64,000 nucleotides of DNA from Haliscomenobacteraceae bacterium (GCA_947501115.1 CANMVX010000014.1:6511-70510), one strand, 5' to 3'; shown: positions 8,776 through 19,164, numbered from the stretch's first letter. Numbers and translations: made by a program. Notes: generated by a model from the letters alone, not told the origin.

Positions 8776-11055
8776 CTAAGGAATTATCTGAAGTTTAGCA
8801 AATTTCAACATTAATCTTCTCTCAGGTTCATCAATGTCCTTGAAAAGAATGGTGGCTACCCTATTATCTCTTCCACCGTCGATTTTTGTGATTTTTCCCA
8901 CGCCAAATTTTTGATGCACTACCGTCATACCAGGCGATAGTGTATCGGGAGGACTCGCTTTAAAATCTTCTGCATTAAACTTATCGGGCATTTTAATCAA
9001 TGGCTTTCGCGTATTCGGAGCAAATCCTGTTACCGTCGAAGTAGTTTGAACAGACCTGTTATTTGATCTCATGGGGGAAGTAGATTCTAAATATTCCCCA
9101 GGTAATTCCTCTAAAAATCTGGACATTTCACTATACTTCATTTGACCGAACTTATATCTGCTTAGAGAATAAGAGAGCGTCAGGAAAGTTTCTGCCCGGG
9201 TAATGGCCACATAAAAAAGGCGCCTTTCTTCATCTAAACCCTCTGTGGTATCCATGGACATGTGAGAGGGGAATAGATTTTCTTCCAAACCTGTTACAAA
9301 AACGGCTTTAAATTCCAGGCCTTTAGCAGAATGCACCGACATCAATGTGACGGTTTCATCACCTGCTTCCTTATCGTCCATATCTGTATAAAGAGCAATA
9401 GATTGCAAGAAAGAGACCAATGATTTGTCCATCTGCCCATCTAACTGATCCGATTCATCTTCATCGACAAAATTCTTCACAGCATCTAACAGCGCATTTA
9501 CGTTTTCCACTTTTGACACACCTTCGGGCGTACCATCAGCCTTCAGCAAGTCAATCAAACCAGATTGTTTAGCGGCCAGGGTAGCTAAATCAAAGGCATT
9601 TTCCGTATCCTTTCTTTCATTGAAAGAGAGGATCATTTCCACAAATTGTTTCAACAATTTTGGTGCCTTCTGATTACTCATCCCTTCCACTTTAACCACT
9701 TCCCAAAGGGGAACTTCCTTTTCAGCGGACATTTGAAGCATTTTTTGAATGCTCGTATCTCCAATACCCCTTCTCGGATAATTAATAATTCTTTTTAGGG
9801 CTTCATCATCGGAGGGATTGATAATCACCCTCAGATAGGCGATTAAATCTTTGACCTCCTTGCGCTGATAAAAAGAGAGTCCACCATAGACTTTATATGG
9901 TATATTTTCCCGTCTGCAATACTCTTCAAAAACCCTAGACTGGGCATTGGTTCTATACAAAATAGCGATATCACTGAAAGAAAGATGGTATCTGTTTCTC
10001 AGTTCCGTTAGCGTATTGATAACTTGTTTCCCCTCTTCACTATCGCTTACGGACCTAATCACTTTAATTTTATGTCCCGCGCCCTTATGCGACCAAATTT
10101 TCTTCTGTATTTGTTTCGTATTATGCTGAATAAGCACGTTTGCCGCCTGCACAATTTCCTCACTACTCCGGTAATTTTGTTCTAACTTAAAAACCTGGAT
10201 ACCGAAAGGCTTAAAATCGTTTTCAAAATCAAGGATATTCTGAATGGTTGCCCCACGGAAAGAGTAAATACTTTGAGCATCATCGCCCACTACACAAATA
10301 TTTCTGGTACTACCATCAAAATGGACTAATTTCCTGATAATAGCATATTGCAGGTGGTTAGTATCCTGAAACTCATCTACCATTACGTATTTGAATTTTT
10401 TTCTATACTTATCTAAGATATTGTCCGGGTTACGTTGCAGCAATTCATAAAGACGATAAAGAAGATCATCAAAATCCATGGCACCTGCTCTTTTGCAACG
10501 CTCCGTATATTTTCTGTACAGCATGGCAATCATGGGTCTGCCGGCAGCCTTATCTTGCTTTAAAAACTCAGCATTGGTTTCATACATTGTTGGAGTAACC
10601 AAGGCACTTTTAGCGGCGGAGATACGATTTCTCAAATTATTTACCTGATAAGTTTCCTTATCGAGATTTAATTCTTTGATCAGGGCAGAAAGCACATTTT
10701 TCGAATCCTCCGTGTCATAGATTGTAAAACTGGTAGGATAACCGATATGGTGAGCCTCCATCCTCAGAATTCTTGAAAAAAGGGAATGGAAAGTTCCCGC
10801 CCAGATACCATTGGCGCTGGCACCTACGACCGAATGAATCCTTTCCTGCATTTCCTTTGCTGCCTTGTTGGTAAAGGTAAGGCTTAAAATATGGTCTGCT
10901 GAAATACCTGATTGAAGGATATGAGCAATTCGATAAGTTAACACCCTCGTTTTCCCGGAACCAGGTCCTGCAATCACTAAAACGGGTCCATTGAGGGTCG
11001 TAACCGCATCTTTCTGCACCGTATTTAATGAATTTAAATAATTTTGATTTGACAT
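8776..11055 (-). CDS. UvrD/PcrA/Rep family ATP-dependent DNA helicase
   Basis: Walker A (AGPGSGKTRVL), DEFQDT, QNYRS and VHSAKGLEF helicase motifs in canonical order. 759 aa with a C-terminal small beta domain. Confidence 0.95.
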   Translation of the reverse strand: MSNQNYLNSLNTVQKDAVTTLNGPVLVIAGPGSGKTRVLTYRIAHILQSGISADHILSLTFTNKAAKEMQERIHSVVGASANGIWAGTFHSLFSRILRMEAHHIGYPTSFTIYDTEDSKNVLSALIKELNLDKETYQVNNLRNRISAAKSALVTPTMYETNAEFLKQDKAAGRPMIAMLYRKYTERCKRAGAMDFDDLLYRLYELLQRNPDNILDKYRKKFKYVMVDEFQDTNHLQYAIIRKLVHFDGSTRNICVVGDDAQSIYSFRGATIQNILDFENDFKPFGIQVFKLEQNYRSSEEIVQAANVLIQHNTKQIQKKIWSHKGAGHKIKVIRSVSDSEEGKQVINTLTELRNRYHLSFSDIAILYRTNAQSRVFEEYCRRENIPYKVYGGLSFYQRKEVKDLIAYLRVIINPSDDEALKRIINYPRRGIGDTSIQKMLQMSAEKEVPLWEVVKVEGMSNQKAPKLLKQFVEMILSFNERKDTENAFDLATLAAKQSGLIDLLKADGTPEGVSKVENVNALLDAVKNFVDEDESDQLDGQMDKSLVSFLQSIALYTDMDDKEAGDETVTLMSVHSAKGLEFKAVFVTGLEENLFPSHMSMDTTEGLDEERRLFYVAITRAETFLTLSYSLSRYKFGQMKYSEMSRFLEELPGEYLESTSPMRSNNRSVQTTSTVTGFAPNTRKPLIKMPDKFNAEDFKASPPDTLSPGMTVVHQKFGVGKITKIDGGRDNRVATILFKDIDEPERRLMLKFAKLQIIP

Positions 11056-11062
11056 TTACTTT

Positions 11063-11422
11063 TTATACTTCTTTTTGCAGCTGATTATTTTCAAGGGCTT
11101 CCCAATATTCTACGGCTCTTCTTGTATGGGGAATGCAGATGGATCCACCTACCAGATTGGCGATGGAAAAAACTTCGAAGAGTTCCTCTTTAGTTACGCC
11201 CAGTTCATAACAAGTACCCAAGTGATACTTAATACAATCGTCACAACGAAGAACCATCGAGGAAATTAATCCCAGTAATTCCTTTGTTTTGACGTCTAAA
11301 GCACCCGCCTGATACGCTTGATTATCGAGGCTCCAAAAACGTTTAATAACCTTATTATCAACCGATAATATTTTATCGTTCATTAACGACCTATAATCGT
11401 TAAAATCATCAACTACAGACAT
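11063..11422 (-). CDS. Carboxymuconolactone decarboxylase (AhpD-like) family protein
   Basis: 119 aa with a CDDC (CxxC) motif followed by KYH, typical of the AhpD/CMD fold. It ends 7 nt upstream of the helicase gene on the same strand. Confidence 0.7.
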   Translation of the reverse strand: MSVVDDFNDYRSLMNDKILSVDNKVIKRFWSLDNQAYQAGALDVKTKELLGLISSMVLRCDDCIKYHLGTCYELGVTKEELFEVFSIANLVGGSICIPHTRRAVEYWEALENNQLQKEV

Positions 11423-11524
11423 TTTTTATTTATTTAGGGTGTAAATATAAATGAATAAGGGTTCAATTATCGGGTAATTCTTCCAACTAAATAATTATTT
11501 GCTTGTTAAAAAAATCAAAACAAG

Positions 11525-11989
11525 ATGAAAATAAAGAAAAAGCAATGGGAATTAATTCTGCCCGTAAAATTAGAGGAACTTTGGGATTTCTTCTCTGTTC
11601 CGGATAATTTAAATAAAATGACGCCTGAAAATGCGGGTTTCAGAATGATTTCGTCATTGAATGGACAAAAAATATTTCCGGGGATGTTGATTGAACACGA
11701 GGTTCGCCCCATTTTAGGCATTCCTTTGTATTGGGTAACAGAAATAATTCATGTTGAGAAACCTCACACTTTTATTGACATACAATTAATAGGTCCCTAC
11801 GCCCTTTGGCACCATCAACATACATTTATAGCCCATGAAAAGGGTGTTTTAATGACTGATACGCTCCATTATCGGGTTGGACTAGGTTTATTGGGCACTC
11901 TGGCAAATAGTCTTTTTGTGGAGAAAAAGATAGAAGAAATATTCGATTTCCGGCGGGATGCTGCAGTGAAGCTATTTGGAAAAGCCTGA
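11525..11989 (+). CDS. SRPBCC (START/Bet v1-like) family protein
   Basis: 154 aa whose pattern resembles COG4276-type SRPBCC proteins (WELILPVKLEELWDFF, HQHTF). Recognised by eye. Confidence 0.55.
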   Translation: MKIKKKQWELILPVKLEELWDFFSVPDNLNKMTPENAGFRMISSLNGQKIFPGMLIEHEVRPILGIPLYWVTEIIHVEKPHTFIDIQLIGPYALWHHQHTFIAHEKGVLMTDTLHYRVGLGLLGTLANSLFVEKKIEEIFDFRRDAAVKLFGKA

Positions 11990-12050
11990 AAAGGACAAAT
12001 ATTATAGCAGAACATTAATTTATTGTATTTTAGATGAAAATTCTACCAAA

Positions 12051-14801
12051 ATGATGCGACCATTTCTTTTTTTCCTACTGTATGTAGGTTTGTTACATCC
12101 TGTTTCAGGACAGAAAAAACAATTAGAACACAGCGATTTTGCTCATTGGAAAACATTGGGTAATACAGTTATTTCTGCCGACGGAAAATGGGTTTCCTAT
12201 AATTTAACGCCAGGAGAAGGAGATGAAACCTTGATCATTCACAAAACGGAGAGTGGTGAAAATTTCGTTTTCCCCAGAGGTTCCCGCGCTTCTTTTACGG
12301 CGAACAATTCTCATGCTGCTTTCTTAGTCAAAGTACCAAAGTTAACCCTTGATTCTTTGCGACGTAAGAAAGTTAAGTCCGAGGATTTGCCTAAAGATAC
12401 GCTCTTCCTTTTTCAAACAGCCACTGGAAACGTAACAAAAATACCTAAAGTCAAAAGATTTGCTGTGCCAGAAAAATGGAGTGGATGGATTGTCTATCAT
12501 AAGGAAATTGAAAAATCAGAGGGGAAGAAAAAGAAGGAAAGTATTCAAACAGGTACGCAATTTGTCATTCAATCTACCACTGATACTTTTTCTTTTACCA
12601 TGCCATTTACCAAAGCTTTTCAGGTAGCTGAAGAAGTGCCTGGTTTGGTTTTACATGCAACGGGGGATGATGAAAATAACCTTCCCGGCATTTATTTCTT
12701 CGACGGACTCACCAGGAAATTAAGGCCTGTGTATAGAGGAAAAGGAGAATTTGATAATTTAGCTATTGATCGCAAAGCAAAACAAATTGCCTTTGTTTTA
12801 GATACGGGAAATGTTAAGATAGATCCAAGACCTATGTCTTTGTATTTTGCTTCCTTACAAATGAGTGATTCGGCCAAAGCTATTTGCAAGCCAAATGATG
12901 GCTTTTTACCACAGAATTATGCGGTAAGTGTCCATGAAAAATTAAGATTCTCCCGTGATGGATCCAAATTATTCTTTGGCATGGCGCCGCCACTTCCTCA
13001 AAAAGATACGAATTTACTGGAAGAGGAGATTGTTCAAGTAGAAGTTTGGGGAACGGAAGACCCTTACATTTATCCGATGCAGAAAGTGCGTTTGGATCAG
13101 GAAAGAAAAAATGCGCTTACCGCGGTATTTATTCCATCCCTTGGCAAAAAAAATATACTTGCTACTTCTGACATCCCGGAAGTAAAAACCAATATTACCG
13201 CCAATTCCGATGTGGTGATTGGCTATACAGAAGACCCGTATTTGAAGAAATTTACCTGGGAAGGAGGGCCTATCGGAAAAGATTTGTATGCCATTTCGAC
13301 CCTCACTGGAAAAGCTACCCTCATTGAAAAAGAGGTCCGCACAACGCCTCAACTTTCTCCCGCCGGTAAATATATTTACTGGTTCGATAGTCCCGATTCT
13401 ACCTGGCGTGCCTACGAAACCGCTACAGGAAAAAAATATGACCTGTCAGGAAAAAATAAAAATTTATACTTTGATGAACTCAATGATTCTCCCGATTTTC
13501 CTTCTCCTTACGGTATAGCCGGATGGACAACTAATGACGATTATGTCCTTCTTTACGATCGTTACGATTGCTGGAAGGTAGATCCGAAAGGAGGTATTTC
13601 ACCAAATAATCTAACCTCGGGCAGGAAATCAGGTACCACGCACAGATTAATCCGTGTAGATGCTGACGAAATTGCCATAGACGAAATTAAACCCTTTCTT
13701 TTTCATTTTCATAAAGACGGAAGTCATGAAGAAGGCTATTTATGGTTCAATTTGCACACAGGAAGTAAAAATATAGTTCAGGAAGGGCCATTTAAATATA
13801 CGCAGCAAGTTAAAAAAGCTGCTAAAGCGGAAAAATGGCTTTTCACAAAAGAAGATTTCAATACTTTTCCAAATCTGATACTTAGCCCAGACTTTAAAAC
13901 TACAAAGGTTATTTCTAATGCCAATCCTCAACAAGCTGACTATAAGTGGGGAAGCATGGAGTTGGTTCAATGGACTTCCCTCGATGGAACTGTTTTAAAC
14001 GGATTGTTAGCAAAACCCGACAACTTCGATCCTACTAAAAAGTATCCGATGATTGTTAATTTTTATGAGCGCAGCTCCGATGCATTATACGAACACAAAT
14101 TGCCTGTTGCTGGCAGAAGCCAGATTAATTACACATTTTACACAAGCAGAGGTTACCTCGTTTTCAATCCTGATATACCTTATAAGATAGGCTATCCCGG
14201 GGAGAGTGCGCTACAAGCTGTAGTATCCGGAACCACTTCATTGATAGATAAAGGATTTGTCGATAAAAATAATATCGGCATACAGGGACACAGCTGGGGA
14301 GGTTACCAAATAGCCTATATTTTAACCCGTACGAATCTTTTTAAATGTGCCGAATCGGGTGCACCGGTGGTTAATATGTTTTCTGCTTACGGGGGAATCC
14401 GTTGGGAATCGGGAATGAGTAGAATGTTCCAATACGAGCATACTCAATCGAGAATTGGCGGAACATTATGGGAAAAACCGATGCAATTTTTTGAAAATTC
14501 ACCGCTGTTCTTCTTAGATAGAATAAATACGCCTGTTCTTATACTTCACAATGACGCAGATGGTGCCGTTCCATGGTATCAAGGCATTGAATTTTATATG
14601 GGCATGCGTCGCCTCGGTAAGCCTGCCTGGATGTTGAACTATAACGGTGAACCTCACTGGCCGGTAAAACTGGAAAATCGTAAAGATTTTCAAATAAGGA
14701 TGCAACAGTTTTTTGATCATTATCTACTCGATAAACCACTGCCTCAATGGATGGCAAAAGGCGTTCCTGCCATAGAAAAAGGAATAAATAAAGGATATTA
14801 A
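12051..14801 (+). CDS. S9 family serine peptidase (prolyl oligopeptidase/dipeptidyl peptidase-like), secreted
   Basis: C-terminal catalytic domain with GHSWGG (Ser), NDADGAVP (Asp) and GEPHWP (His), and an N-terminal propeller-like region. I chose the ATG at 12051 (MMRPFLFFLLYVGLL signal) over the upstream in-frame ATG at 11976, which would overlap the 3' end of the preceding SRPBCC gene. Confidence 0.9.
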   Translation: MMRPFLFFLLYVGLLHPVSGQKKQLEHSDFAHWKTLGNTVISADGKWVSYNLTPGEGDETLIIHKTESGENFVFPRGSRASFTANNSHAAFLVKVPKLTLDSLRRKKVKSEDLPKDTLFLFQTATGNVTKIPKVKRFAVPEKWSGWIVYHKEIEKSEGKKKKESIQTGTQFVIQSTTDTFSFTMPFTKAFQVAEEVPGLVLHATGDDENNLPGIYFFDGLTRKLRPVYRGKGEFDNLAIDRKAKQIAFVLDTGNVKIDPRPMSLYFASLQMSDSAKAICKPNDGFLPQNYAVSVHEKLRFSRDGSKLFFGMAPPLPQKDTNLLEEEIVQVEVWGTEDPYIYPMQKVRLDQERKNALTAVFIPSLGKKNILATSDIPEVKTNITANSDVVIGYTEDPYLKKFTWEGGPIGKDLYAISTLTGKATLIEKEVRTTPQLSPAGKYIYWFDSPDSTWRAYETATGKKYDLSGKNKNLYFDELNDSPDFPSPYGIAGWTTNDDYVLLYDRYDCWKVDPKGGISPNNLTSGRKSGTTHRLIRVDADEIAIDEIKPFLFHFHKDGSHEEGYLWFNLHTGSKNIVQEGPFKYTQQVKKAAKAEKWLFTKEDFNTFPNLILSPDFKTTKVISNANPQQADYKWGSMELVQWTSLDGTVLNGLLAKPDNFDPTKKYPMIVNFYERSSDALYEHKLPVAGRSQINYTFYTSRGYLVFNPDIPYKIGYPGESALQAVVSGTTSLIDKGFVDKNNIGIQGHSWGGYQIAYILTRTNLFKCAESGAPVVNMFSAYGGIRWESGMSRMFQYEHTQSRIGGTLWEKPMQFFENSPLFFLDRINTPVLILHNDADGAVPWYQGIEFYMGMRRLGKPAWMLNYNGEPHWPVKLENRKDFQIRMQQFFDHYLLDKPLPQWMAKGVPAIEKGINKGY

Positions 14802-14820
14802 ATTCTATGCTTAAAAAAAC

Positions 14821-14865
14821 ACCAGCACAAGTCTGCAAAACCAACCTTGTGCTGGTATTTTTATT
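14821..14865 (+). terminator. Rho-independent terminator after the S9 peptidase gene
   Basis: ACCAGCACAAG-14 nt loop-CTTGTGCTGGT, an 11-bp perfect stem, followed by ATTTTTATTGTT. Confidence 0.8.
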
Positions 14866-15261
14866 GTTATAAATAATAATATCGATTAACATACGTTAAA
14901 AACATTATATCGATGCATTTCATTAGGTAAGTATTTAGCATCAGAAAATCAGGATAGCATTTTTTTTTAAATACCTGATTTTACGAATATTCAAAATACA
15001 TTTTTATTATATATCAATAATTCAACATACATATAATATTATTTACCAGCAGTGTAAAATTAAAACTAAATTTATAAAGGAAACAATACATTAAAAATAC
15101 TTTGAATATATTTCCTTAAATCTTATGATTTTTCGCATCTAATGTTTTACTTTGTCACGGGAAGATAAATGAAATATATTGTTAAATCTTAAAGGTTTGA
15201 TAATCAGTATTTTGTTCTATTTCTTGTTTGATTACCTCTATTATGACACTTGGAGAACACT

Positions 15262-15582
15262 ATGGAAAACACACTAAACAAACGTTCGTTGTCAAATGCG
15301 ACGAAACTGCTTGAGGTATTATACCTCCCTGAGAGCAGAAAACTTATTAAAATAATGGAATCTCACGAATCCATTGAAAGTATTGATTTATTAATTCAAA
15401 CGGGATGGCAAGAAGAAAAGCTATCTAAACACTTGAATTTACTACGGCAAGTAGAAGCAATTAACATGACTTTCCTTAGCGAAGGAAAGGCCAGCTATGA
15501 GCTGAATCATGAGAAAATATTAATTGTTTGCAAAACAGCTAAAGTACTCAGCAAATCTGTTGTGCGCAATGTAGTACTCTAA
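15262..15582 (+). CDS. Small hypothetical protein, possible winged-helix (ArsR-like) DNA-binding protein
   Basis: 106 aa. The segment LEVLYLPESRKLIKIMESHESIESIDLLIQTGWQEEKLSKHLNLLRQVEAI resembles an ArsR-type HTH. It is preceded by a ~400-bp very AT-rich spacer. Confidence 0.4.
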   Translation: MENTLNKRSLSNATKLLEVLYLPESRKLIKIMESHESIESIDLLIQTGWQEEKLSKHLNLLRQVEAINMTFLSEGKASYELNHEKILIVCKTAKVLSKSVVRNVVL

Positions 15583-15619
15583 TCTTTTTTATTCCCGCAG
15601 CTTGCCATCCATAGGAATA

Positions 15620-16720
15620 TCATATTTCCTGAAAGCAAGCTGCGGTTATATCGGGTGTACAACCGATACCTATCTCCTCCCCTACGACGACCTGTTTTTC
15701 TGCCGTATAATAAATACCACCGTTTATTGGGTCTTCACTTAACATAAACGGACTATCCATATCGAAGTTGACCACTGCTTCATGAGCCAGGGCAAAATGC
15801 GCCAACGCGGTGATGCCCAATCTACTCTCCGAAAAACAACCTACCTGACATTTCATTCCTGCTGTTTGGGCAAAAAGGGCGGACAGTTGTGCTGAACGTA
15901 TGCCCCCTGCCTTTGATATTTTTATGTTAAAGCCGCTGCAAGCATTTTCACGAATAAGCGTCAGCGCGTCAAAAGGATCAAACAAACTTTCATCTGCCAT
16001 TATGGGTATTGGACTGTGTTTATGCAGAAAAGCCATAGCTTCAAAATCTCTTGCCTGGACTGGTTGTTCACAATATTCAACATTATAAGGAATAATGTCA
16101 GACAATACTTTCAAAGCGGTAGAAGTATCCCAACCTTGATTTGCATCTATGCGAAGAGGAATAGCCTCACCTACAGCTTCTCTGACCAATTTAACCCTTT
16201 GTACATCATCTTTAAGCTGCGTTCCCAGTTTTATTTTTATGGCTGGAAAAGCATCATCAACATATTTTCTTGCCTCCAAAGCCATATTCTCTGGACTATC
16301 AATGCCCACAGTCATGTCAGTAAACATCTTTTTTGTATTGTTACCGCCCAGATAGGCATAGAGAGGCAATCCTGCTATTTGTGCTGACAAATCATAAAAC
16401 GCCATATCAAAGGCACTTTTAATACCATTTTGCCCGACTACCGTATTACTTAAAGCCTTTTGCCAGGTTAAAACATCCCACGGATTAATGCCAAGAAGTG
16501 CCGGCGCTATTTGTTGAGCATAATGTAAACAGGACGCCTGCGTTTCATTATGTATTTTCTCATAAGGACTAATTTCACCATAGCCCAAAAAGCCAGAGTG
16601 TGTTTCCATGACAATAAGCACATTTTTAGCCACCGTTATCGTTTCAAGGGAAATAACGAATGGATATTTTAAAGGAATATCCATTTTAAAAATGCGGATA
16701 TTCTTAATACTATGGTTCAT
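15620..16720 (-). CDS. Dipeptide epimerase (L-Ala-D/L-Glu epimerase-like), enolase superfamily
   Basis: 366 aa with mandelate racemase/muconate lactonising family motifs (IKIKLG, RIDANQGW, EQP, ADES, KISKAGG). Confidence 0.85.
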   Translation of the reverse strand: MNHSIKNIRIFKMDIPLKYPFVISLETITVAKNVLIVMETHSGFLGYGEISPYEKIHNETQASCLHYAQQIAPALLGINPWDVLTWQKALSNTVVGQNGIKSAFDMAFYDLSAQIAGLPLYAYLGGNNTKKMFTDMTVGIDSPENMALEARKYVDDAFPAIKIKLGTQLKDDVQRVKLVREAVGEAIPLRIDANQGWDTSTALKVLSDIIPYNVEYCEQPVQARDFEAMAFLHKHSPIPIMADESLFDPFDALTLIRENACSGFNIKISKAGGIRSAQLSALFAQTAGMKCQVGCFSESRLGITALAHFALAHEAVVNFDMDSPFMLSEDPINGGIYYTAEKQVVVGEEIGIGCTPDITAACFQEI

Positions 16721-16832
16721 AAAAGGAACTTTGAAGATTATTTTGAAAATTTAGTTCAAGGTATGTTAAAACCTACAATAAATCCATTTCAAATTTTGTT
16801 AAATTTACATTCTCAAAATTAAAAAAAAATCT

Positions 16833-17750
16833 ATGTCAGTTAGGGTGGAAGGTCTCACCAAAATATATGGGGAACAAAAAGCCATCGACAAGCTCAGTTT
16901 TCAAGTTGAAAAAGGTCAGATTCTTGGCTTTTTGGGTCCAAATGGTGCTGGAAAAAGTACTACCATGAAAATACTGACGGGCTACTTACCGCCAACCGAA
17001 GGCTCAGTAGAAATTGGTGGTTTTGATGTGCAGGCGAATCCTAAAGAAATAAGAAGATTGATTGGGTACCTGCCAGAAAATAATCCCTTGTATGGCGATT
17101 TGTATATTAAGGAATATCTTCACTTTGTTGCTGGCTTTTATCCAATAAAAAATCCCTCCGCCAGAGTGTCCGAGGTCATTGATCTTATTGGACTTACTCC
17201 TGAAAAACATAAAAAAATAGGCGCCTTGTCCAAAGGTTATAAACAAAGGGTTGGACTGGCTCAAGCCATTATTCACGATCCTCAGGTATTGATACTGGAT
17301 GAACCCACGACAGGCCTGGACCCCAATCAATTAGTGGAGATCCGATCTCTGATAAAAGCATTGGGCAAGGAAAAAACATTGATTTTTTCTACCCACATCA
17401 TGCAGGAGGTTACTGCCTTATGCGACCGTGTTCTCATTATAAAGGACGGTAAAATGCAGGCAAATGATACCTTGCAAAATTTACAGTCCACTTTCCAAGG
17501 CGAATGGGTTACTACGATAACGTTCCAGGGTCCCTTTACCTTAGAGCATTTTAAAAAAATAAAGGACGTTCAGCGTATTCGTCAAATACATCCTGATGTT
17601 ATTCAGGTGATTACCGCGCCAGGCATTGATGTAAGACCCTTAATATTTAAGCAAGCTGTTAAAGACGACAATATTATCATTGGTATGCAACAAGACCGAC
17701 GCAGTGTAGAGGAAATATTTCAAAAACTAACAGGATCTGACATTCAATGA
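16833..17750 (+). CDS. gldA: Gliding motility-associated ABC transporter ATP-binding subunit GldA
   Basis: Walker A (GPNGAGKST), signature (LSKGYKQR) and Walker B (LILDEP). It closely resembles F. johnsoniae GldA and shares an operon with gldF and gldG. Confidence 0.9.
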   Translation: MSVRVEGLTKIYGEQKAIDKLSFQVEKGQILGFLGPNGAGKSTTMKILTGYLPPTEGSVEIGGFDVQANPKEIRRLIGYLPENNPLYGDLYIKEYLHFVAGFYPIKNPSARVSEVIDLIGLTPEKHKKIGALSKGYKQRVGLAQAIIHDPQVLILDEPTTGLDPNQLVEIRSLIKALGKEKTLIFSTHIMQEVTALCDRVLIIKDGKMQANDTLQNLQSTFQGEWVTTITFQGPFTLEHFKKIKDVQRIRQIHPDVIQVITAPGIDVRPLIFKQAVKDDNIIIGMQQDRRSVEEIFQKLTGSDIQ

Positions 17751-18406
17751 AAAAAATAATCCTTTTTCTGACTCTTTGTTTTGCTTATACTTTTTCTTTT
17801 GGCCAACACGCGCTAAATCAGGAGTTAAAGTTAGTGGACGGTCTATACCTGAATATTAATGAATTTAAAAAAGATGCCCCATCCCGTTTATGGAAAGAGT
17901 ATGAGGTTATCTGGACGTATAACACGAAGCTTAAATGTTACCAGGTTGAAAATATATATAAAAAAGGTAATCCTGGGTCAGGCATTCAAGACTCTGTCTG
18001 GGGATTTACCCTAAAAGGCATTCCATACATTAGAATTGCTCCAGACAGTTCTGGTAGGCCTCTAACCTTGTTTGCGGAACTCACGGTAAGGGGAATGATA
18101 AATATTTTTTCTTATGAAAAAGAGCATCAGGAATTGTTTCCCATGAAAGCATATAATCCGTTAACTGGGACGGTTTTTAGAAAAGGCGTGGTAAAAAGAA
18201 ATATCACAACCATGGAAAAGCGGATTTTCCATTTGAATGACGACCTCATTATACCTTACGACAAGGATATTCTGGAGCAATGGATGGAAAAAGATAAAGA
18301 GATTTTACGTGCGCTCCGCTTCGCTTCGGAGGAAGAATATGAAGAAAAATTGACTCGTGCACTTATTGTTTTCAATGGACGTTACCCTTTTATCATTCAA
18401 AAATAA
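17747..18406 (+). CDS. Hypothetical secreted protein embedded between gldA and gldF
   Basis: 219 aa with an N-terminal signal peptide (MKKIILFLTLCFAYTFSFGQ). Its ATGA start overlaps the gldA stop. I recognise no family. Confidence 0.65.
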   Translation: MKKIILFLTLCFAYTFSFGQHALNQELKLVDGLYLNINEFKKDAPSRLWKEYEVIWTYNTKLKCYQVENIYKKGNPGSGIQDSVWGFTLKGIPYIRIAPDSSGRPLTLFAELTVRGMINIFSYEKEHQELFPMKAYNPLTGTVFRKGVVKRNITTMEKRIFHLNDDLIIPYDKDILEQWMEKDKEILRALRFASEEEYEEKLTRALIVFNGRYPFIIQK

Positions 18407-18417
18407 TATGCAAATTC

Positions 18418-19152
18418 ATGTGGGTAATTTATAAGAAGGAATTAACAACATTTTTCAATAATCTGACAGGCTATTTGGTTTTAGGCGTGTTTTTAACCGT
18501 TATGGGATTATTTTTATTTGTATTCCCGGAAACCAGTTTACTGGAATCAAATTTTGCCTCTTTAGAGCCATTTTTCGAGATGGCCCCCTCCTTATTTTTA
18601 TTTTTGGTACCAGCCATAACCATGAGATTATTGGCCGAAGAAAGACAACTGGGAACGCTTGCCCTTTTACTAACTAAACCGATAGATGAAATGGGCTTAG
18701 TTATCGGGAAGTTTCTAGCTGCGGTATCGCTCCTTTTCCTCGCATTGGTGCCTACCCTATTTTATTATATAACGCTGTATTTTCTGGGTTCACCCGTTGG
18801 TAATCTGGACACCGGGGCTATTATGGGTTCTTATTTAGGCCTTTTGCTCCTCGGCAGTGCGTTTGCCTCCATTGGCATGTTAGCCTCTTCGCTTACTGAA
18901 AGTCAAATAGTTGCTTTTGTGTTAGCGGTAACGGGTTGTTTTTTATTCTTTTACGGCTTTTATTTCCTATCAGGGCTACCTGTTTTTTTTGGAAAATGGG
19001 ACGCGTTAGTGCAACAATTTGGAATGGACTACCATTATCATGCCCTTAGCAAAGGAGCGCCTGATACCCGCGACCTTATTTATTTTCTGTCAGTGATTGC
19101 TATATTTTTATTAATCACCCGATTTGTTTTGCAATACCGCATTCGTTCTTAA
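18418..19152 (+). CDS. gldF: Gliding motility-associated ABC transporter permease GldF
   Basis: 244 aa with 6 predicted TM segments. It carries the conserved RLLAEERQLGTLALLLTKP block characteristic of GldF/ABC-2 permeases. Confidence 0.9.
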   Translation: MWVIYKKELTTFFNNLTGYLVLGVFLTVMGLFLFVFPETSLLESNFASLEPFFEMAPSLFLFLVPAITMRLLAEERQLGTLALLLTKPIDEMGLVIGKFLAAVSLLFLALVPTLFYYITLYFLGSPVGNLDTGAIMGSYLGLLLLGSAFASIGMLASSLTESQIVAFVLAVTGCFLFFYGFYFLSGLPVFFGKWDALVQQFGMDYHYHALSKGAPDTRDLIYFLSVIAIFLLITRFVLQYRIRS

Positions 19153-19164
19153 GTCAACTCCATC

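Noticed and set aside
8776-11055. The UvrD-like helicase as part of a defence system (Gabija GajB-like or similar).
   Set aside because: There is no adjacent nuclease/ATPase partner. The full canonical PcrA/UvrD motif set and length, together with housekeeping neighbours, fit the chromosomal repair helicase.
15595-15645. The 11-bp inverted repeat (CCGCAGCTTGC ... GCAAGCTGCGG, 29-nt loop) between the convergent wHTH and epimerase genes as a rho-independent terminator.
   Set aside because: There is no U-tract after the stem on either strand, and the T-run lies 5' of the stem on the plus strand. The right arm also lies inside the epimerase coding sequence. I note it only as a structure of unknown role.
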